Source: an uncultured Planctomycetota bacterium
Lineage (GTDB): Bacteria > Planctomycetota > Planctomycetia > Isosphaerales > Isosphaeraceae
DNA: 64,000 nt
NCBI GenBank assembly: GCA_963823665.1
Contig: CAWGMQ010000003.1
Coordinates: 1,536,001 to 1,600,000 of the forward strand
Reading direction: 5' to 3'
The notes under the pieces were generated by a model. That model worked only from the letters and a program-made list of their open reading frames with translations. It did not search any database and had not been told where the DNA came from. The position numbers were made by a program, and so were the translations under genes. Each line of letters begins with the position of its first letter. The stretch's first letter is position 1. Below, in pieces: positions 61,071 through 64,000 of this stretch.

Positions 61071-61847
61071 TCAGTCTTCGTCGGGACTGGCGCCGAGCTC
61101 CCGCAACTGGGCAGCCAGCCGATTCGCCCGAAGTCGCTCCTGGTCGGCGCGTTTTCGTTCGCTCTCGGCGCGCTCCCGTTCGCTCTCGGCGCGCTCCCTT
61201 TCTTCTTGTGCCCGCTCGGCGCCTGTCGGTATCACTCGGCCCTGTCGATCGCACCAGCGCAGCCAGATGGCTTCGCAATTCTCGAACGCACCTTGCCACA
61301 GCGTCAGCCCCAACCCCACGAACGGCAACCAGCCGGCCGGGCACGGCTCGTAGGTCCTCTCTCGCAGCACAAAAACCCTCAAAGGCTCTGGTTGCACAAT
61401 GAGCCCCGGATCGTGAATCGCGTAGTACGGAATGCCAATCTGGGCATACTTGACCATTTTGTAGGTCGTTTCGCCCCCCTGCGTGTTCGAGACGATTTCC
61501 ACAACCGCTTCCGGAGCCTTGCCAAATTCCCAGATGAAGTACGAGCGATGTTCCTTGGCCAACCAATCGTCCGGCACCTCAACGTCCAAGCTTAGCAACG
61601 CGTCCGGCACCAAAGGCGGTTGGCGGACGGCATAGAACAGGCCGACGTTGGCCGTTGCAAGGAACACCCGGCCGGCATCCCAGGAGCTGTATAGCGGCTC
61701 GGACAGCAGCCGTTGCTGCTTCTCCGAGAAGATATTGTCCTTCGGAGTGTCGTCCTCCGTGACCAGATTGTCCAGACATGGCCGCACTGGCAACTGCGGC
61801 TCGGCCATGACGGCTTGACCAGGAGTAGTCGTGCCAGTATCCGCCAT
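61071..61847 (-). CDS. Uma2-family endonuclease with heptad coiled-coil tail
   Basis: LVTEDDTP.DN..SEKQQRLL, LVPD, EFGKAPEAVVEIVS, WLRWCD; tandem AESERER repeats. Confidence 0.9.
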   Translation of the reverse strand: MADTGTTTPGQAVMAEPQLPVRPCLDNLVTEDDTPKDNIFSEKQQRLLSEPLYSSWDAGRVFLATANVGLFYAVRQPPLVPDALLSLDVEVPDDWLAKEHRSYFIWEFGKAPEAVVEIVSNTQGGETTYKMVKYAQIGIPYYAIHDPGLIVQPEPLRVFVLRERTYEPCPAGWLPFVGLGLTLWQGAFENCEAIWLRWCDRQGRVIPTGAERAQEERERAESERERAESERKRADQERLRANRLAAQLRELGASPDED

Positions 61848-62076
61848 CAACATTCTCCGCACCAATGCGCGTGAGGTAACCCGCGGGCAACACAACGCGC
61901 TGGTATTATAACCCAGGTCCATCCCAAGCAGAAGGACGGCGCAGCACCGCATCGGTCGCATCGCAGAGAGCACCAATCGGGAAGTTCATCCCGGCCGGTT
62001 CCTTACCCGCGTTGAGGCCACGTGTATCATAGGGAATTGCGGATCCGTCCCTCTTTCAAACACGGGGAGTTGTCGC

Positions 62077-63084
62077 ATGAGAAACGCGATCAGCTACGCC
62101 TTGGGTGTTTTCTTTGTGTCGACGGGGATCTTGGCCCTTCCGCAGGCGAATGGGCAAACGGGTAAGGCGGCTAATCCGGATTCTCAGTACCGGCTTGGGC
62201 CGGACTCGCTGCCGCAGGAGGGGGTGCCGAAGGGGGAGATCCGCGGGCCGTTCACGCTGCCCAGCCAGGTTTATGCCGGGACGCAGCACACTTACTGGGT
62301 GTATGTTCCGGCGCAGTATGACGCGGCTGTGCCGGCGGCGCTCATGGTTTATCAGGATGGGCAGGCGTTCAAGGATGAGAAGGGGGACATGCGGGCGCAG
62401 AACGTGATGGATAACTTGATCTACCGGCGCGAGATTCCGGTCATGATCGGCGTGTTCATCAACCCCGGACGACGGCCGGATCAGCCGGAGCCGACGCCGC
62501 GCGAGTGGGGTGACCGGACCACCAACCGGCCGACCGAGTACAACTCGCTCGATGACAAATACGCGCGGGTGATCACGGAAGAGTTAATGCCGGCGCTGCG
62601 CAAGGACTACAACATCTCGAAGGATCCGGAGATGCACGGTATCGGCGGGTCGAGCTCGGGGGCGATCGCGGCGTTCACCGTCGCGTGGGAACGGCCGAAC
62701 GAGTTTCGCAAAGTGCTCTCGAACGTGGGCAGCTTCGTGAACCTGCGGGGCGGGCACGTCTACCCGGAGAAAGTTCTCGCGAGCGAGAAAAAGCCGATCC
62801 GTGTTTATCTTTGCGACGGACGGAACGACAACCGCGGCGTTCGCAACGGACGGTACGACGAGACGCGGGACTGGTTTTCTCAGAATGTGCGGCTCATGAA
62901 GGCGCTCTCGCAAAAGGGATATGACGTGAATTACTCATGGGGGATGAACCGGCATGGGCAGAAGTTTGGCGGGGCGATCATGCCGGAAATGATGCGGTGG
63001 CTGTGGCGGGATGGACCGGTGTCGACTGATCCGAATGATGCCATTGAGCGGGGGTTTCGCGGGGCGGCGGGGGGTAAGAAGTAG
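62077..63084 (+). CDS. Exported esterase (Fes/enterochelin-esterase-like alpha/beta hydrolase)
   Basis: Signal peptide; [14 protein letters not shown] nucleophile motif, SNVGSF, RHG. Confidence 0.9.
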   Translation: MRNAISYALGVFFVSTGILALPQANGQTGKAANPDSQYRLGPDSLPQEGVPKGEIRGPFTLPSQVYAGTQHTYWVYVPAQYDAAVPAALMVYQDGQAFKDEKGDMRAQNVMDNLIYRREIPVMIGVFINPGRRPDQPEPTPREWGDRTTNRPTEYNSLDDKYARVITEELMPALRKDYNISKDPEMHGIGGSSSGAIAAFTVAWERPNEFRKVLSNVGSFVNLRGGHVYPEKVLASEKKPIRVYLCDGRNDNRGVRNGRYDETRDWFSQNVRLMKALSQKGYDVNYSWGMNRHGQKFGGAIMPEMMRWLWRDGPVSTDPNDAIERGFRGAAGGKK

Positions 63085-63090
63085 TTTGAG

Positions 63091-63115
63091 ATTGTCGCGA
63101 CGGCGTCGCGACAAT
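63091..63115. terminator. Perfect hairpin just after the esterase stop
   Basis: ATTGTCGCGACG-G-CGTCGCGACAAT; no long U-tract. Confidence 0.45.
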
Positions 63116-63173
63116 TGACCTGGAGGCGGTTCGTCTTTGGGCAGAAGGCACGCAAGGCAATGAAGAGGGCACT

Positions 63174-63195
63174 CTTTCGCGGAGCGAAAGGCGAC
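63174..63195 (+). repeat. Family D palindrome
   Basis: Identical to 59610-59631. Confidence 0.8.
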
Positions 63196-63205
63196 TTTGG
63201 CTGGG

Positions 63206-63562
63206 TCAGCGGCGGCCGGGTGAATCATCTGTCTGACCGGCAGGGCGATCGGCTTGCGCAGGCGTGCTTCGCTCGGGCTGCATTTGCTGACGATTGATTG
63301 TGACGGCGGCGTTTGGGTGGCGAGCTTTGGGAATTACCGAGGCCAGGGTCAGGGCCAGGGCGACGAGCGCGAGGATGAGAGTTGACCGTGACAAACCGCG
63401 GTGGCGTTCGATGATGACGATCCGCTCGCCTGGCCGGACTTGGCCGCCTGGGCGACGCGGTGCGGGTGCTGGACCGGGGGCGTTTCCGGACTTTGGTTCC
63501 ACTTCGGGGCGGGGCGAATCTTCGAGATCCGCTTCCCATTCGAAATCGTGATCGATCAGCAT
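63206..63562 (-). CDS. Small single-TM hypothetical protein
   Basis: MLIDHDFEWEAD...IVIIERHRG followed by a TM. Confidence 0.5.
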   Translation of the reverse strand: MLIDHDFEWEADLEDSPRPEVEPKSGNAPGPAPAPRRPGGQVRPGERIVIIERHRGLSRSTLILALVALALTLASVIPKARHPNAAVTINRQQMQPERSTPAQADRPAGQTDDSPGRR

Positions 63563-63718
63563 TGTTAACGAGGGACACTGGCGAAGGCCCAGTGTCACAG
63601 AACGAGTCTCCTGATCGGGCAAAGTGTGTCATAATTATGGCACATGCCGAATGCGCCGGTCGGGAATGCGCGCATGAAGCGGGCTGCGTCGGGTTGATCG
63701 GAATCGGTGGCGGGAGCG

Positions 63719-64000
63719 ATGCCCATGCAGGTGCTCGTCCAGAAAGAGGTCGGCAACCGATGGCTGAATCGGTTCGTTGTGCTGATCTTGCTCGCCATTA
63801 TCGCGATTCAACTTTCGACGTACCTCAGGCCGGAGAAGGATGTTGCAGGCGAAGAGGCCCGTGTGGCGGCGGTCGTTGAGGGAATGCGCGAGCAACATGA
63901 GCGCGCGCAAAGCTTGCTCGTGGAGAAGAGCAGGCAGGAGAAGGCAGAGTCGGATTCCAAGCTCGACGGGCTCTCCCGGAAGATCGGTGAGCTTCAGAGC
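63719..64000 (+). CDS. Membrane-anchored coiled-coil protein, N-terminal part (runs off the right edge; absent from the ORF track)
   Basis: GGGAG SD; own translation MPMQVLVQKEVGNRWLNRFVVLILLAIIAIQLSTYLRPEK...LDGLSRKIGELQS, open to the edge. Confidence 0.65.
   Translation, partial: MPMQVLVQKEVGNRWLNRFVVLILLAIIAIQLSTYLRPEKDVAGEEARVAAVVEGMREQHERAQSLLVEKSRQEKAESDSKLDGLSRKIGELQS

Noticed and set aside
61155..61200. 21-nt tandem repeat
   Set aside because: Encodes the usual AESERER coiled-coil tail of Uma2 proteins.

Overview
GC-rich bacterial DNA, most likely Planctomycetota (Isosphaeraceae-like). This placement is inferred from the many Ser/Thr kinases, Uma2, DUF433, the BlaI/M56 pair, LRR/TIGR03067-type proteins and the RF[ST][LIV]R N-terminal motifs. 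In order, the window holds: the end of recQ; a kinase-FGE fusion; and an apparent operon in which rpsL-rpsG is followed not by fusA but by GT4-GT4-methyltransferase-NRPS(A-T-TE)-O-methyltransferase, facing a Zn-dehydrogenase. Next come a HigBA-like TA pair, a Tat-exported lactonase, tandem YciI and BlaI/BlaR1. A ~9 kb same-strand array of small exported and immunity-like genes (DUF1963, SMI1/KNR4, LRR) follows, then a Zn-ribbon HtpX/site-2-protease cluster. After these lie SCO, an FHA kinase, two related exported proteins, a multi-HTH sigma-70-family factor, Uma2, DUF72, a kinase-TPR, a thioredoxin, gene remnants and an esterase. At least five families of short palindromic REP-like repeats occur, several of which overlap the TAG stop of the neighbouring gene. 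More than a dozen single-base frameshifts, some in homopolymers, suggest long-read indel errors, so most split genes are treated as probably intact. I saw no rRNA, tRNA, CRISPR array, integrase or transposase. All family assignments are by motif recognition; no database searches were run.
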